A DNA stretch of 64,000 bases from Eledone cirrhosa (taxonomy: Eukaryota). Positions 1 through 13,893 of this stretch are shown here, piece by piece; within the stretch, counting starts at the first letter, position 1, and the number at the start of each line of letters is the position of its first letter. The DNA is taken from positions 369,148,001 to 369,212,000 of the forward strand of contig OZ024740.1 of NCBI GenBank assembly GCA_964016885.1, read 5' to 3'. The position numbers and the translations under genes are program-made. The notes below the pieces were generated by a model. The model worked only from the letters and a program-made list of their open reading frames with translations. It made no database searches and was not told the DNA's origin.

Positions 1-948
1 CTCCAACTTTCACACCTACCCATCCTCGCCCCTTTACCATTCCACCGACTGCTGCTATGCCCTCTGACCACCTCCCAGCACAAACAGACCACAGCACTCC
101 CACTGCTGACCACTTCCTGTTGCGCGCGCACCCCACATCTCTCCTCTTCCGACCATCGCTTCATGGAATACCCACACGCAGAAATTGACCAACAACCAAT
201 CCACTAAACATCTTCGGAATTTACCAACTTTTCAACCATCCTCTTACGTAATCACCTATATAACTCACCCACACACACACCCCCCAAACATTTTTTTCTC
301 CACACGCCATCTACACACACAACACGGTTAAACCCCACACACACGTGCTTTCCACCACATATTTACACCCTCAGCCTCCTGATTCCTCTCCCCCCACCCC
401 TCTATCCACACACGCACAGACACTCCGACCCACAAACCCCCCCACAGACACCTCTTCCTGAACATGCAACCCCGTTCTTCCCCCAACCCTTACTTTCACA
501 TACACACACACACACACGCACGCACACCTACACACACACACCACCTTCAGCCCTCCCCGCTTGGACACCCCGTCTCCCTCTCCCCACTCCACCCGCCACC
601 ACCCCTACACACCCCACACCCTTCCACCACCTGTTTACCCCCCTTTTAATTTCAGTTTATTTTGATCATGCCTTTATTTTTAAATTTATCTCATTCCTTG
701 TATTTTGATCATGCTTTATTTTTATTTTTATCTTTATTTTTTATTTTTTCATTCGCACCGTTTCCTTTCGCTATATGTCTCTCCACCACTCCCCTACACA
801 CCTTTGAACTCTGTTCCCACACACTTCTCACCTGAGGAAGGCTTATGCCCGAAACGTCTTCCCCCACCAACACCCCACTCTCCAGAGCGTGAAATTAATA
901 AACATTCGTTGTACTGCCTCTCTGTTTTGTCCCTGTTCAAATTTGTCC

Positions 949-950
<2 letters not shown>
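1..950 (+). mobile_element. Probable 3' UTR/pLTR of a Penelope-like element (family C; short copy at 53776-53930, minus strand)
   Basis: C/A-rich tract like 27050-27450, then a hammerhead-like core, AATAAA and (TA)n. 796-950 is inverted-homologous to 53776-53930. Confidence 0.55.
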
Positions 951-2024
<1,074 letters not shown>

Positions 2025-2424
2025 GTATATATATATATATATCCCTAGGTTAAGTGGATCAGTGCCGCATTAATTACTGAAGTCAATACAAGACGCTTTT
2101 AACTTACTATAATTTCTGAAGTTCGTTTGTTTCGTACGTAAGTTACCTGATGCATTCCTGGAAAACAATTAAATTATCTGTGAAGTAAGTTGCTGCAATT
2201 ATAGTATTCCATAGTGCTGATTGTGTCAACTATAATTACAACACCACTTAGAGAATTAAGTACTATTTCTTACGCTTACAGAGACAATCATATATTCGCT
2301 CTTACTGCTACTCATGTCTCCTCTTTCTTTCATTCTTCCTTTCCTTCTCTGTCTCTTTATCCATATATGTATGTACGTATTGTACATACACACGGTAATA
2401 GGGAGAGAAAGAGACAGCTTTTGA

Positions 2425-2471
<47 letters not shown>

Positions 2472-2514
2472 TATATATATATATATATATATATATATTT
2501 TAGTATATATATAT

Positions 2515-2673
2515 AACAGAGGAAATGTGGTAAGGAACCAGATGGACCATGACGCACAAGAATACTCAATACTTAGGCTAGCAGAGTGGGAAATAAGAAA
2601 AAGTATGACGCCGACGGCAGAGCTCAAGCCGTTTCGAAACGGCTTGAGCTCTGCCGTCGGGGTCATACTTGTT

Positions 2674-2678
<5 letters not shown>
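2515..2678 (-). mobile_element. Fold-back element family A in (TA)n
   Basis: Palindrome centred on gtttcgaaac (2631-2640) plus a tail of about 80 bp. It is homologous to the copies at 10641, 22711, 52336 and 60979. Confidence 0.8.
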
Positions 2679-2749
<71 letters not shown>

Positions 2750-2752
<3 letters not shown>

Positions 2753-4040
2753 GAGTTCTTAACACGCGAAATTAATATTGGTTTTGAAATAACTAATTAA
2801 CTCGCGTGTATTAAATATTTTACTCTTAATTTGGCCAGAGATTTACATTCCCAAATGACTTTTAAAGCGTAACTGACCGTATTTATTACAGTTATGAGAT
2901 GAGATTGTTTTTAGGTATCATTTCTCTGTTTTTAGCCTAAGAAAATATCTATATGCGTGTGTAATTAATACACGCATACATTTATTTTTTTTAAATTAAT
3001 TGACTTCTTAACACGCAGGATTGATAATGTTTTTGAAAAAACTAATTAACCCACGTGTATATTATTTTACTTTTCTCATGAATCGTGGTTGTCTCCCTTT
3101 TCCGCTTCGTGACGCTATGATACTTCCTCAGTCAAAAGACTGCTGGAATTTCAAATTTGGCGGTCATTCGATGCGTGAATGAACAACTTAGCGGACACGA
3201 AAATTAACTGTGGTAAGGAATTTTTTCTTATATCAAGTTTAATGGGCTTCCACTGACGATTTATAAGTGCCCACCTAAATATTTTCTTACATGAAAATAT
3301 GTTAGGCTTCTACATAACCTGGAAACATTCTCCAAACTTGTAGAAAACTTATAATGAAACAATTGTTTGGAAAGAGAGATATATTTTAACTTTAATTATA
3401 TCACATATAAAACAATACAACTGGCTTTCCACAAAATACATATAGTTAGCACCCCAAACACTTAAATTGGGTTTATACTAACGTATAACCTAATGTTTGT
3501 TGAGTGAGATGGTTACCAGTCGGAGCTTAGTTTAAAGCTATCTCTGTTATTGTATTAAATATTTTACTCTTGATTTGGCCAGAGATTTATATTTCCAGGT
3601 ACCTTATAAGCATGACTTTCCGTATTTATTGCTGTTATGAGATATTGTTTGTCTTTTGGGGAATCATTTCTCTGTTTTTAGCCTAAGAATATATCTATAT
3701 GCGTGTGTAAATAATTACATGCATACATTTATTTTTTAAAATTAATTGAGTTCTTAACACGCGAAATTAATATTGGTTTTGAAATAACTAATTAACTCGC
3801 GTGTATTAAATATTTTACTCTTAATTTGGCCAGAGATTTACATTCCCAAATGTCTTTTAAAGCGTAACTTTCCGTATTTATTACAGTTATGAGATGTGAT
3901 TGTTTTTAGGTATCATTTCTCTGTTTTTAGCCTAAGAAAATATCTATATGCGTGTGTAATTAATACACGCATACATTTATTTTTTTAAAATTAATTGACT
4001 TCCTAACACGCAAGATTGATAATGTTTTTGAAAAAACTAA
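2750..4040 (+). repeat. About 245-bp unit repeats around the 3248 hammerhead
   Basis: 2750-3047 is near-identical to 3746-4040. 3552-3800 is a further diverged unit. Confidence 0.8.
3248..3372 (+). ncRNA. Type I hammerhead ribozyme with branched 96-nt stem II
   Basis: ttcca CTGACGA t ttataagt [two hairpins] acttataa t GAAA CAATTG TT tggaa. Confidence 0.8.
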
Positions 4041-6650
4041 TGTTTACAAGTATTATGGAAATTTGAAAATTAACGAAGAGAAAAAATGATTAAGGTTTGT
4101 GTATTGAAGGATTTGAGAAAAATAATGTGAAGTTAAGGTTTGTATATTGAAGGAATTGATAATATGTGCGAAGAAAGAGTTAATATGTATTAAGAATGAG
4201 TTAGATGATGGGGAGAAAAAAATAATACATTAAGGATGAATAATCTGCCGTCAAAACAAATGTATATGTTACGAAGGATTTTACAAGGTGAAGATAGAGT
4301 GAGGGTAATGAGTAAACAAGTATTATAGAGTGTATAATACCCTTTGAAGTAAGTTAGGAAGATGGGTATATTTTAAAAGAGGTGTATGTATATGTGCCTT
4401 TGAGAAAAGATTCTTTATTGATAAAGAATTGAATATTAGCTGTATACTTTGTGAAAAGTCTTATGGAATTTATGCAAGCAGATAGAAAACAAATCTGTAC
4501 GTCTATTTATTATAGAATCTAGATTAGAGATAATGGTAAATTTTTCATTTAGGCAGAGATTACAGATTTTAGATAGAGAGCTGTTCAAGTATGAAGACGC
4601 AGAAGAAACCTTCTTCCAAAAGATGGTATATTTAATATTTTTGTCTTTCAAGGACCATATGAGTTCTGAGAGAGCCGTGTTGGTTCTTTTAAGTTTGTAT
4701 TTAAAAGATGAATGATGATTATAGAGACGAGCTTTAAAAGAGGTGGAAGTGGAGCCAAAATAGGTGAAGGAATTGGTGCTAGTTATAACTTTACATTCAT
4801 AAATTAAGTTTTTATTAAGACAATGGTTGTTGAGAGGACATTTATTTTTAATAGGGAAGTTGCAATTAGAGAGATTATTAATGAGTGACCTAGTGTTATC
4901 TATAGAAGGAATTGGATTGGAGAAGTTGTTTGCGATAGGAATAATAGTTTCTTGATTTAGAGTTGGATTATGAACATTTAACGAAGTTGTGTTTGACGTT
5001 GTATTTGGGTTTACAGAAATTAGCCTAGGGTTTACAATGACGTCGGGAGTACTATTACTGTTATTATGAAATTCAGTGTTGGAAGGAAGAGATTTAGTAT
5101 TTAGTATTTTATTGTTGTGTTTAGAGATAATGTTGGAAATATTGGAGGATGTAGAATAAGAAAATTTTATGGTGTGTTTGTTAAATATTTTACTATAGAC
5201 ATGTGAGGGAGGGAAGCATTTATTTAAGGCACTAAAGAATCATTCAGGAATATTGTTATTAATAGAGATGGAGAAAGGAGCGTTATACCAGATTATGTTT
5301 TTGTATCTAGGTCTTTTATTAAATTTATTGGAATGATCATGATTAATTATTCTACTGTAAGTTTTTCTAGAATTTGTTTCTTTACTATAATTGATTTTAT
5401 CAGGATAGCCGGCTTTAGAAAGTGCGTTATTATAGTAATTGGCGTTAGCATCAAAGATGTTTTTATTAGAAGATATGTTAGATATTCTTTTTCCAATATT
5501 ACTAACTATAGCATTCTTGATATTGGTAGGATGGTTAGATTTAAAGTTAACATAATTTAGGTTCTCATTGTTTTTATGGTAAGGGTAATATAGGCCAGTG
5601 TCAAGTTTAAGAGATACATCCAAGAAATTAGCTAGTTTGATACTGTTATCAAATTCAATTTTTAGGTTATGTTGGTTAAAGAGATTACGTATATTGTTCT
5701 TAATAATATTAAGGTTAACTATATTGCAATTTAAGATAGTAAAGAGTCCATCGTCACGATAAATTTCACCGCGAAGTTGAGGAATTTTCCGACTCAAAGA
5801 GTTCAAAATAAAGATACCAATTAAATCAGTCAATTGGGATGAATCGGATGCTCTCATTGTGATGTCGAAGTTGTTAGAGGTATCGGCTCTGGTCCAATAT
5901 TCGTTGTTGAACTCTAGGATGGTTTTACGTGCGGAGAGGATGATGTGAAGTTCATCTGTGGTGATGTCAGAATATTTAAGTGCGAAAGAAAGAGCATTAT
6001 TATCAATTCCTTCAATATACAAACCTTAACTTCACATTATTTTTCTCAAATCCTTCAATACACAAACCTTAATAATTTTTTCTCTTCGTTAATTTTCAAA
6101 TTTCCATAATACTTGTAAACATACACACAATTTTTTTGACATTAGAATATTCATCCGTAATGCATTATTATTTTCTCTCTATCATCAAACTTTTTAATCT
6201 CAATACATATTAACTCCCTCTCCTTCTTCGTACATATTTTTCCCTTCGTTAATTTTCAAATTCTTTTAATTTATACATTATCTTCCAACGGTTTTCAACC
6301 TCTCTATGTAAAACAATATATCTTTTCTCAGTTATAAAAACTATCTCTTTCGCTCTATCACCCATCTCTCCCTCTCCACCTTCACTCTCATCTCCTCCCC
6401 CCTTTTTCATCCTTTCCACCCGCCTCTCTAAATAAAATATTTTTCCCAATATCACACATCAATCTAAAATTACTTTTCATATGTTGATTTAAAACTGCAC
6501 TATACACAAGTGTTTTTTAGCCTTCATATCATGTCCTCCTGTTTTATCTGATGAAAACACAAATATTATTGCATGATGATGTTTGTTTTTGAAATGCGCA
6601 TAATAAAATACATGGAACTCCTTTAACCATCTTTTGATCTTATATATTAT
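4041..6650 (-). mobile_element. Penelope-like element, 5'-truncated, with inverted pLTR
   Basis: RT with YRDD (ORF 5240-6022). The downstream minus frame reads CNFPIKNKCPLNNHCLNKNLIYECKV...YFGSTSTSFKARLYNH...CNLCLNEK (GIY-YIG). 4041-4163 recurs inverted at about 5998-6121 and continues to a hammerhead at 6542. Confidence 0.9.
6542..6608 (+). ncRNA. Type I hammerhead ribozyme (Penelope pLTR)
   Basis: ttttat CTGATGA aaacacaaatattat tgc atgatgatgtttgttttt GAAA TGCGCA TA ataaaa. Confidence 0.85.
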
Positions 6651-6665
6651 ATATATATATATATA

Positions 6666-6940
6666 TATAACAAAGAATTCATATCTAGTAACATATATAT
6701 ACATACAGATGCATATCAATGCTAGCAAATCTATAGGTTTTGTCTTAATAACAGTGTGGTTCAATGTATTTTAGTAAGTAAGTTAATTTTATAATTTTCA
6801 TATTTTACGTCTCTTATATTATTGTTCTGCAACCCCATGCATTGAACCACACTGTTATTAAGACAAAACCTATATATTTGCTAGCATTGATATGCATCTG
6901 TATGTATATATATGTTACTAGATATGAATTCTTTATTATT
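6666..6940. repeat. About 100-bp inverted repeat
   Basis: 6666-6766 pairs with 6840-6940. The spacer 6767-6820 recurs at 7290-7340, just 3' of the 7205 hammerhead. Confidence 0.8.
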
Positions 6941-7204
6941 ATCTCCAAATTATTTGTCGATCAATATTGGCCATGACTGCTGCTACGGTTGTAGGCAGGC
7001 CGCTGTCTTATTAGCAAACCACTTTCCACTGATTGACCTCGATATCACGTGTTCGATTCTTTTTGAATTTGCCACAGACGTAGAGGCAGTAATTTTCTCA
7101 ATGGCTTGGAATTCAGTCCACGCTTCGCTATTTCCTATCCACTGAATTATTTTTTAATAAGTTTCCAGTGTCCTCGCTTTGCCTGGAAACTTACATGAGA
7201 ATAG

Positions 7205-7287
7205 ACTTTCCTGACGACGGAATGCTTCTTTATATTATTCTTCGGAACATATATTTACTCCATTCCAGAAACTAATTAGTTGGAAGT
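7205..7287 (+). ncRNA. Type I hammerhead ribozyme
   Basis: actttc CTGACGA c ggaatg...ttcg...cattcc a GAAA CTAATTAG TT ggaagt. Confidence 0.85.
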
Positions 7288-7361
7288 GATATTTTAGTAA
7301 GTAAGTTAATTTTATAATTTTCTTATTTTACTTCTCTATATATATACTTCTCTATATATAT

Positions 7362-7364
<3 letters not shown>

Positions 7365-7443
<79 letters not shown>
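7365..7443. repeat. (GA)n microsatellite
   Basis: Read directly from the sequence. Confidence 0.95.
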
Positions 7444-7445
<2 letters not shown>

Positions 7446-7752
7446 CTTGAAATGGAAATAGCTCAGTTTATATATATTTAAGGATCTGTTTTTCTTCTTT
7501 GATTCGTCAAAGTAACATCATTGAAAAAGGGAGAGGGATAATTCTTGTTAAAAAAAGATTTTGATGATTTATAAAAAAAATATAAAATATAACCACATTC
7601 AGTGAATCCATCTTATCAAATGTTGAGTAGTACAATTAAACAGAATTACAAATGAAAGATTTAAAATTAAGTGTAGAGGCACGTTTTGTTCAGCTTTCTT
7701 GTTGAGAAGAAGTATGTATGTAAAATGGAATCTTTTATATATAGATAGACAT

Positions 7753-7769
7753 AATAGTAGTAGTAGTAT

Positions 7770-7823
<54 letters not shown>

Positions 7824-7855
7824 CAGCAGCAGCAGCAGAGCAGCAGCAGCAGCAA

Positions 7856-7905
<50 letters not shown>
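7753..7905. repeat. (AGT)n(AGC)n(AGT)n compound microsatellite
   Basis: Read directly from the sequence. Confidence 0.95.
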
Positions 7906-8331
7906 TTTGTGTTTATTCACTCAGTACGAAATTATTTTTAGAGAGAGGGAAATTTTCTGTAAGTATGTGTGTATCTCAATATATATATACGAGTGAGAGT
8001 AGTAAAACCTAAATGTCTGTGTGTATCTGAATATACATTATTATATGAATCTTTTCATATTTTTAATTACATAAATCTACGTTTTTCAAAGATATACGTT
8101 TTCGACACATGAACATGATACTGATATGGAAGAATATATTATATTCATGTCTATATCTCCGGTTGACTTATCTCTGTTAGGCTATAAACTAGATATCATT
8201 TGCCGATCAGCACGTCAATAAATCATTAAAAGAGTGAAGATGTTATGAAGTGTACGTCCTTCTTGTATATGGAAAGATAAACAAAACACGCACCCACACA
8301 GACACATACACATCTCTCGCTCTCTCTCTCT

Positions 8332-8483
<152 letters not shown>

Positions 8484-8658
8484 ATCTATCTCTATCACCC
8501 TCTATATCTCTCTCTCTCTTTCTCTCAATCTCAATCTCTCTCTATATATATATATTTATAAAAGAGTGTAGAAAAAACAGCCAATAGCAAGACAGGAGTG
8601 GAAGATGTTTTTTGAAGCTAACATCCCAGTGAAAAAGTTTGTTCCGAAAGTATTGTAT

Positions 8659-8747
8659 GTGTCCGAAGAACCTGCAGATCTAGAATCAGACAGATCCATA
8701 CAATGAACCTGTCTCGAGCTATCTGCCGGCGAAAAAAATTGTAACAC
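8659..8747 (+). ncRNA. Degenerate or variant hammerhead (CCGA core)
   Basis: gtgt CCGAAGA a cctgcagat...gacag...ctgtc...atctgccgg c GAAA aaaattg TA acac. Confidence 0.5.
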
Positions 8748-8783
8748 CACATAAACTGAGTCCAGAAGCATCACTGATTTTTC

Positions 8784-8903
<120 letters not shown>

Positions 8904-9157
8904 GTAAATGAAATTAGAGAAATTAATGTGAGCAAGAAGCCAGCAGTATTTCATAATATATAAGTGACTATGACGACAAATTGGAAATATTTAACGTAAG
9001 ATATGGGAAATTAAATGCAAAGTCAATTAAAAAACCAAGTCAAGACAGATGATTTATCCACATGTATTGTGAAATCCAAGGAAAAAACCAATAGAGTCTT
9101 AACTCAGAATCAAATTTAAGGTTAAATACTCAACCATCAATTTGGAAAAACTACATA

Positions 9158-9240
9158 TGCTCTATATAGTCTTAAACAGACTATTTCACGAATCTATTCA
9201 GTGGGATTAGTCACGGTTGGAATCGTTCATCAGTAGAGCA
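9158..9240 (-). ncRNA. Full three-stem type I hammerhead ribozyme
   Basis: The reverse complement reads tgctcta CTGATGA acgattc...gattcgt GAAA tagtct gttta agacta TA tagagca. Confidence 0.9.
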
Positions 9241-9442
9241 CAAAACACGATAACTAAAAATCACTGCTAAAATATGCCAGAAAGGGAATTTAAAAGCAGG
9301 CTAGTGCACCTCGTGTGGAATTGTGAAAACACATGGAGAACATAGCTAGTGACGTCAGAATGAACGAATATGTCTGTTTACAAGAAACACCAGTTAAAAC
9401 ATTCCGAGAAAATCTCAACAAAAATGTATGGAGTTCAATATA

Positions 9443-9558
<116 letters not shown>

Positions 9559-9755
9559 TTAAGGATAATATTTATGGTTACGTATATAATAAAACCCTTT
9601 ATTGTTATATATCTTTTTTATACAAACCCCAAATAGTGAAAGATAGTCATTCATTACTATCTTATTACCAGTAAGATAAATAGCTCAATGATTTTTCCAT
9701 ACACTGACTTCTCTAAACTTTCCTCTTGCTTTATCTTCATGAACTGCCAATGTTT

Positions 9756-10165
9756 CATTTTTATTTTTATTTTTATTTTTATTTTTATTTTTATTTTTAT
9801 TTTTATTTTTATTTTTATTTTTATTTTTATTTTTATTTTTATTTTTATTTTTATTTTTATTTTTATTTTTATTTTTATTTTTATTTTTATTTTTATTTTT
9901 ATTTTTATTTTTATTTTTATTTTTATTTTTATTTTTATTTTTATTTTTATTTTTATTTTTATTTTTATTTTTATTTTTATTTTTATTTTTATTTTTATTT
10001 TTATTTTTATTTTTATTTTTATTTTTATTTTTATTTTTATTTTTATTTTTATTTTTATTTTTATTTTTATTTTTATTTTTATTTTTATTTTTATTTTTAT
10101 TTTTATTTTTATTTTTATTTTTATTTTTATTTTTATTTTTATTTTTATTTTTATTTTTATTTATT
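9756..10165. repeat. (TTTTTA)n array, about 400 bp
   Basis: Uninterrupted hexamer repeat. Confidence 0.95.
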
Positions 10166-10344
10166 TATTTTATTTATTTTTTTTATTTTTTTTTTTTTAT
10201 TTGTATCCTTTAACCTTTATATGTAAATTGCCATGCTATATCATTATGATGGATGTAATCACACTGTGGGTCAATATATGCATATGTTTTTATATGTCTC
10301 TTGTGTTGAAAAGGAGGTCAAGTATGTTATAGATCAATAAATAG

Positions 10345-10393
10345 TTGCTCCGAAGAATCCAAACCTCGGTTTGGAGGAAACAATTGGAAGCAA
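10345..10393 (+). ncRNA. Variant hammerhead (CCGA core, cleavage-site U mutated)
   Basis: ttgct CCGAAGA a tccaaac ctcg gtttgga g GAAA CAATTG GA agcaa. Confidence 0.65.
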
Positions 10394-10443
10394 ATAAATG
10401 ATTTAAACTGAACTTTGATTATTGTAATCTCTCTCTCTCTCTC

Positions 10444-10592
<149 letters not shown>

Positions 10593-10597
10593 TAATA

Positions 10598-10640
<43 letters not shown>

Positions 10641-10642
<2 letters not shown>

Positions 10643-10774
10643 CGAAGGAATTGTGGTAAGGAACCAGGTGAACCATAAGGCCCCAGAGTCTTAGGGTTGT
10701 ACAGTGGGTAATAAATTTGATATAGCTGTTGAAACGGCCGGAGCCCAGCCGTCTGGGTCTTGACTCTTTCGTTA
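10641..10774 (-). mobile_element. Family A, diverged copy
   Basis: Shares tgtggtaaggaaccag and gaaacggc...agccgtc. Confidence 0.6.
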
Positions 10775-11213
10775 TATATATAAGGCTAAAAAGGGAGTCA
10801 TGGTACTCTGGACTATCTCTTACTTATCACAGGGTCGCCAGACAAGATGATCCTGTGATAAATAAGTGAAACTCCAGTATAACAAGAATAACATAATCAC
10901 CTGAATATAAATGAATATTTAAAATCTATTTTGGTATTCAATACTCTTTTTTCTCAGCCGCCAACCTCATACAGATATGTATATATGTATATATATATAT
11001 GTATATATATATATACATATATGTAGATAAATCTACCAAAAGTTTACGGTAGTGTCCAATCCGTATGAAGAACTCAATGTAATCCGGATATCATGTAAAG
11101 AGAAGATGCATTCAAAAACTATTTTCGGTGAAAAATAAACGGAAAACAGAGTCAAGATAAATTAATAAAACAATGAATAAACAAAGAAACAGTTCCTTAT
11201 ATTAAAAGAAATT

Positions 11214-11353
11214 CATCATTTTACGATCGTTTCTAGGATATATATGTGTTAGAGTTGGTATGCATATTCTATAGATCTATGTACAATATTTATACAAACT
11301 ATCAGAGGGAATATACATACCTACACATATATATGCTGTCTTCAGAAATAATG
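11214..11353 (-). ncRNA. Type I hammerhead with about 105-nt stem II
   Basis: The reverse complement reads cattattt CTGAAGA [long hairpin] GAAA CGATCG TA aaatgatg. Confidence 0.8.
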
Positions 11354-11994
11354 ATATTTGTTTATTGAAAAAAACAAAGATTCAATGCAATAGGTCTGTT
11401 TGGGAACAGGTTTTGAATTGACCAATAGAGAGATAGTAAGGGTCAAGATAGTAATAAAGTAGTAGAAGAATCTTAAATTATGGGTTGAGGAAGGTAGAAT
11501 TCAGTTTTGGATGGAAAAGAATATTATGAATGAAGGATTATTTTAGGGAAGAAAATAGGTCGTATGCTGACCTCAGAAATAAATTTATTTGTTCATTGAA
11601 TAAAACCAACAAAGATCTAATATATTCTGTCTGTTTGGTAAGAGGTTTAGAATTAACCAATAGAAAGTTAATAATTGGCCAAATGGTAAAATAGTAGTAA
11701 TTGAAACTTATTTTAGGGGTGAAAATAGGTCAGGTGGTCAGTAAAAGGTATACAAACAGTTGTTGTTATAAAGTAATAATTCCATGCTAATATCTAAGGA
11801 GACTAAAGTTTTACGATAAGAGTGTTAGTGAAAAAAAAAAAACATCTATGAAAAGAATATAAATTAATTTAATTGATGGGTATATTTATATTGATAACAT
11901 TATACTAATACATATAGATATGATAAATAAGAGTTAGATGCAGTTGAAAAGTGCTGTTAAAGATGAGGGGAATTAAAAGAATATAAAAATAATA

Positions 11995-12046
<52 letters not shown>

Positions 12047-12099
12047 CATACACATACACACACACACACACACATACACACATATATACATATATACAC

Positions 12100-12156
<57 letters not shown>

Positions 12157-12947
12157 TATACATGCAAATATACATACATATATATATATACACACACATA
12201 CACATTTACATATACATATAATTATTGGGGGGGGGAATTAACATTATTAGCGAGAAATAATAAATATATATAGATTTCAAGGAACATAGAGTCATAACCT
12301 GAACTTAAAGCATTATATAATTACCAGTAATGCACTGGGTAATTGCTGGCCTTGTGCCTAAAGTAGAAACAATTATATATGTTTACTTAATGGTATCAGT
12401 TTTAGGAAATGATAGTTGTAAGTAGGAAAGCAAAGTTACGTAGTTCATCAGTAGTAGAATATTAATTATAGGTTAACTAAATTAAAAACAGTTTATATAT
12501 TAATTTCTAAAGTATATATTAATTAGGTTTATAATATTTAAAGGTTTTTCTCAGTTTATGATTACACGATATTATTAATTCCTGTCGCTTATTTAATAGG
12601 ATGTCCTTAGATTTCATTATTTCAAAAAGTTACTGGGAACATAATCTACATTCATATCTACTATTTTGATAAGGGGTGGCCCTTTTGAGCACACTCCAGG
12701 TCAGGTCATAATCTATATTCCTCTTTCTATAAATATTAGTTATTTCAGCTAGAGATGTTGTATTAGCTAGTGCGGCATTTTTAAAACTATGTTTGTGGGT
12801 ATTAAATCTTATCTTAAATTTGTTAGAGGTAGCTCCTATATATGAATAAATTGAGTCCTTAGTGTTAACTTTACATTTATATACTATGTTATTAACAAGG
12901 CAATTTCCTATTGTATTGAATCTTTGTTTTTTTCAATAAACAAATAT

Positions 12948-13087
12948 CATTATTTCTGAAGACAGCATATATATGTGTAGGTATGTATATTCCCTCTGAT
13001 AGTTTGTATAAATATTGTACATAGATCTATAGAATATGCATACCAACTCTAACACATATATATCCTAGAAACTATCGTAAAATGATG
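12948..13087 (+). ncRNA. Second, inverted copy of the long-stem-II hammerhead
   Basis: cattattt CTGAAGA...GAAA CTATCG TA aaatgatg, with one substitution in stem III. Confidence 0.75.
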
Positions 13088-13177
13088 AATTTCTTTTAAT
13101 ATAAGGAACTGTTTCTTTGTTTATTCATTGTTTTATTAATTTATATAAATATATATATATTTATATATATTTATATG

Positions 13178-13216
<39 letters not shown>

Positions 13217-13226
13217 GTATATATAT

Positions 13227-13371
<145 letters not shown>

Positions 13372-13842
13372 TGTATATATATATAGTTTCATCCAAACAC
13401 AAGGCCTGATCATCCGAGCATAAATCAAAAGTTAGAACACATAACTTTGTTAATGAACATTCCTGGGATATCACATATGGGAAGTAAATGAAAATAACAG
13501 ATGTTAACATACATTTAAGAGAGGAAGGCAAGTAACATATATAAACCATGACCATATAAATATGATCAAGAATCAGCATCAAGGGGCATTAAAACAGGCT
13601 GATATAGAGGAGCGAAAAAAGAAAATGTTTGCTATAAGGAATTTTTTCTCTCTTCTATATCAGTCTGTTTTTAATGCCTCTTGCTGCTAACTCTTCATCA
13701 TATTTATATAATCATGCTTTTCACGTGCTTCTTGCCTTCCTCTCTTAAATGTATGTTAACATCTTTTATTTTCGCTTTCCTCCTATATATGGTATCCCAG
13801 GAATATTCTGTAATAAAGTTATCTGTGTTCTAAATTTTGATT

Positions 13843-13893
13843 TATAATCCGATGTATCTGGACTTGGGCTCGGATGAAACGATCGTTGATAAT
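13843..13893 (+). ncRNA. Degenerate hammerhead in 5' pLTR
   Basis: CCGATGt atctgga cttgggc tcggat GAAA CGATCG TT; stem I is poor. Confidence 0.5.

Larger units (their letters stand above)
11160..13143 (-). mobile_element. Penelope-like element remnant (GIY-YIG fragment between inverted pLTRs)
   Basis: The minus strand at about 12600-12908 reads GNCLVNNIVYKCKVNTKDSIYSYIGATSNKFKIRFNTHKHSF. 11160-11394 and 12907-13143 are near-identical inverted copies, each carrying a hammerhead. Confidence 0.85.
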
